From contig CM119386.1 of the NCBI GenBank assembly GCA_051294905.1, forward strand, positions 1,612,001 to 1,676,000: DNA of 64,000 bases, read 5' to 3'. The position numbers and the translations under genes were made by a program. This document shows positions 63,001 through 64,000 of the stretch, piece after piece; the stretch's first letter is position 1; every line of letters begins with the position of its first letter. Origin of the DNA: Botryllus schlosseri (taxonomy: Eukaryota). The notes below the pieces were generated by a model, which worked only from the letters and a program-made list of their open reading frames with translations, was not told the DNA's origin and did not search any database.

Positions 63001-63877
63001 CTATCCAATTTCCAAAATCTGCAACTGTAGAACTATTCACTTTTCAAAACTGCCAACTAGAACTACAACTTCTCACTTTTCAAAACTCGCAACTAGAACT
63101 AGAAGTACTCCTTTTTCAAAAGTCATGAAGGGGGCGCGAAGCCGCGGTACACCAAAAGATATAGTCCGAATTTCATATTTGAGAATCGTCTCATCAACAG
63201 CATTAACCTTCCATTCCATCAAACAATCCATTGGGATTGCTAGCATTCTGGTTGCGTTTTGTGATAAGGCGATAAGGCGTGTGCGAAATTTTTCACCATC
63301 ATAAAAGGGGGCGTGTCTAAAAAAGTTTGAGAGCCACTGAACTAGAACTACAACTATTCACTTTTTAAAACCCGAAACTAGAACTAAAACAATGTTTTTA
63401 CTTATCAGAATATGTAACTAGAACTAGAACGAAAACTACTTAAAAACCGGAAGTCATTAGACCCTCAACTAACAAGATCGCTAGTGGCGAGATAGCGCAG
63501 TGGTATAATCCGCGGCTGCAACAGCAATGGGTACTCCGACCGAGGTCGACTTCCGAATTTCGATACCTAAGTGTTGGAGGTTTACCTAGGCTCCTCCTCG
63601 CCACCTCATCCGCGTCAGCGGTGTCTTACAAAAAGACTAGAGGTGGGCCGTGCTATAAGTCGGCAGTTACGGAAAATAAGAAGAATATCGGTCTGGTGTA
63701 AATGACCATAGTAGTCAACAAACACCATGAATACCCCAAAACAAACATACAAACAAACAAGATCGCTAGTTTGTACAAGTCCGAGCTCTATACTCACCGT
63801 TCCGTTTTATATTCAGCACGGACGAAGAAGCGGGCGCCGGTGAAAAAGAAGGTTTAAACAGAGAAACTTCGTCCGAG
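51054..63877 (+). CDS. Five-Ig-domain type I membrane cell-adhesion protein, ALCAM/MCAM/BCAM-like; 16 coding exons (1962 nt, 654 codons), stop codon beyond window end
   Basis: Reconstructed exons: 51054-51078, 51274-51387, 52355-52516, 53023-53157, 53494-53571, 54416-54637, 55239-55430, 56842-56942, 58086-58275, 59037-59153, 60102-60262, 60792-60870, 61766-61875, 62432-62615, 62826-62856, 63817-63877. All are AG/GT and phase-compatible. Signal peptide MDTLSRILVLSGLLRVTFS; Ig motifs (DPEEYSC, CNIQGAYPQP, CRANGNPAP, QGRYWC, CTAKGSPQPSATW, DSGNYLC); TM AIVGILLLVLVVVIGIPLACYFV; short basic-then-acidic tail. Confidence 0.92.
51274..51387 (+). CDS. Ig receptor exon 2 (signal end, D1 A/B strands)
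   Basis: (V)LSGLLRVTFSDIVVLQEQPQWIKVGEIAAVAARWEQN; TTTATAG/GTGAGT; phase 1-1. Confidence 0.85.
52355..52516 (+). CDS. Ig receptor exon 3 (D1 middle)
   Basis: (L)GADVMQFLVWSADD...WEGQAKP; TATCAG/GTAAGA; phase 1-1. Confidence 0.85.
52570..52893. repeat. ~36-bp minisatellite (CAACTAGAACTAGAACTACTCACTTTTCAAAACTCG); other arrays at about 61100-61330, 62935-63125, 63340-63445, short copy at 24868-24915
   Basis: Degenerate tandem units readily visible. Confidence 0.8.
53023..53157 (+). CDS. Ig receptor exon 4 (D1 E-G strands)
   Basis: DDPSWIVQKSVLHILDFQVTDPEEYSCSIEIGRELKTAISVVKAY; TTATTTAG/GTGAGA. Confidence 0.9.
53494..53571 (+). CDS. Ig receptor exon 5 (D2 A strand + start of acidic insert)
   Basis: ALPTVTIENVTMEADVRAPIPETDDA; TTCACAG/GTGAGT. 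Confidence 0.88.
53955..54053. repeat. Perfect 34-bp inverted repeat with a 31-nt loop
   Basis: AATTTGGATTTGAATAAAATAGTATTTACGGTGA (53955-53988) and its exact reverse complement (54020-54053). Confidence 0.95.
54416..54637 (+). CDS. Ig receptor exon 6 (acidic insert with RKKR, D2 B/C strands)
   Basis: DYPEYNTTEVD...DRKKRQVD...VEVACNIQGAYPQPEKVEFTIG; TCACAG/GTAAAT. Confidence 0.9.
55239..55430 (+). CDS. Ig receptor exon 7 (D2 C-terminal half)
   Basis: ESETMQ...SSRVILKLAADPMYDGKRVACSVTLP...PFVIL; TTTTCAG/GTAAGT. Confidence 0.92.
56842..56942 (+). CDS. Ig receptor exon 8 (D3 N-half)
   Basis: HETDKVTTTISPGDAIEGEIVVIECRANGNPAPR; CTTGCAG/GTAAAC. Confidence 0.92.
58086..58275 (+). CDS. Ig receptor exon 9 (D3 C-half)
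   Basis: FTVKSDVG...FTIAGVTRQHQGRYWCVAS...PELVVR; TTTTAG/GTGAGA. Confidence 0.92.
58315..58930. repeat. Tandem array of ~40-45-bp units (AATTAGATTAGAATTAGAATTATAGCTACACAGTTTTTTCCA), about 14-15 copies
   Basis: Visible periodicity; lies inside a CAGACTTGGACAACTAG-family MITE. Confidence 0.85.
59037..59153 (+). CDS. Ig receptor exon 10 (D4 N-half)
   Basis: YIDTPDLSRNEITGKKGDNVQVTCTAKGSPQPSATWRKN; AATCAG/GTGAGC. Confidence 0.93.
59411..59700. repeat. Dispersed repeat carrying a minimal hammerhead-ribozyme consensus, often as inverted pairs; copies at about 3946-4057, 34620-34760, 38950-39040, 39880-40000, 43540-43610, 44330-44450, 46850-47010, 51445-51705, 54651-54730
   Basis: Consensus ...TTGCTGACGATTACCC-CTGA(C/T)GA-G-TGTCAGC-C-GAAA-ATATTC-GGGT-T(C/T)ATTTCAATATGAATAT...TTGTATATTGAAGTTCTGTACCTCCAAGAAGCTGTTC; Penelope pseudo-LTR-like. 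Confidence 0.75.
60102..60262 (+). CDS. Ig receptor exon 11 (D4 C-half)
   Basis: GETVSSSSVLMLDDMKYADSGNYLCVTTNDAGEKNKELTVRVEGSCNIQFNQPD; ACGCAG/GTGAGC. Confidence 0.93.
60792..60870 (+). CDS. Ig receptor exon 12 (D5 N-part)
   Basis: VSASKVEKNAYRIAFECTTTGKPECA; ACACAG/GTCAGT. Confidence 0.88.
61766..61875 (+). CDS. Ig receptor exon 13 (D5 middle)
   Basis: VSIVPPKNFGLDGKTSKGNGVVTMVYESVPKLSAPVK; TTTCAG/GTAAGA. Confidence 0.88.
62432..62615 (+). CDS. Ig receptor exon 14 (D5 end + transmembrane helix)
   Basis: FACVASNKH...GLGTGAIVGILLLVLVVVIGIPLACYFV; TTTCCCAG/GTGAGT. Confidence 0.93.
62826..62856 (+). CDS. Ig receptor exon 15 (31-bp basic juxtamembrane exon)
   Basis: KKRNAPPKKK; TTCACAG/GTGAGT; phase 1-2. 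Confidence 0.85.
63486..63755 (+). mobile_element. Young tRNA-derived SINE (270 bp) in the intron after Ig receptor exon 15
   Basis: A box TAGCGCAGTGG (63493-63503); B-box-like GGTCGACTTCC / TTCGATACC (63544-63567); (ACAA)n tail; perfect 15-bp TSD AACAAGATCGCTAGT (63471-63485, 63756-63770). Confidence 0.88.
63817..63877 (+). CDS. Ig receptor exon 16 (cytoplasmic tail)
   Basis: TTDEEAGAGEKEGLNRETSSE; ATATTCAG/GTACGT; phase 2-0. Confidence 0.85.
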
Positions 63878-64000
63878 GTACGTTTCACGCATGACTATTC
63901 ATTATTCAATAATCAATCAAGCATACATACATCTGATGGCGTCACTGTTGCCAATCGATGCTGGTTAGAGAGTAGAAACGATCAGAATATACTATAGCGT

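Overview
Eukaryotic, AT-rich, repeat-dense genomic DNA with GT-AG introns. It is probably from an invertebrate chordate such as an ascidian; this is inferred from the gene families and intron positions, not proven. Two host genes lie head-to-head about 41 kb apart. (1) A CD36/SCARB-family scavenger receptor on the minus strand: ATG at 9942, five coding exons reconstructed, running off the left edge. (2) A five-Ig-domain ALCAM/MCAM/BCAM-like adhesion receptor on the plus strand: ATG at 51054, 16 coding exons (654 codons), running off the right edge. Between them is an intact, full-length Tx1/L1-type non-LTR retrotransposon (about 15019-20177) with a perfect 26-bp target-site duplication. Its 5' end is the first ~50 nt of U5 snRNA including the invariant loop I, and its insertion site begins with the same GCCTT as loop I. 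This makes it a candidate U5-snRNA-targeting or U5-promoter-driven retrotransposon, the strongest finding. The rest is nested hAT and MULE-like MITEs with verifiable TSDs, a young tRNA-derived SINE, minisatellites, and a dispersed repeat whose consensus is a minimal (dimer-type) hammerhead ribozyme. The Ig receptor has an acidic, Tyr-rich 64-aa insert with an RKKR convertase site inside Ig domain 2. All alignments were done by eye; no database searches were run.
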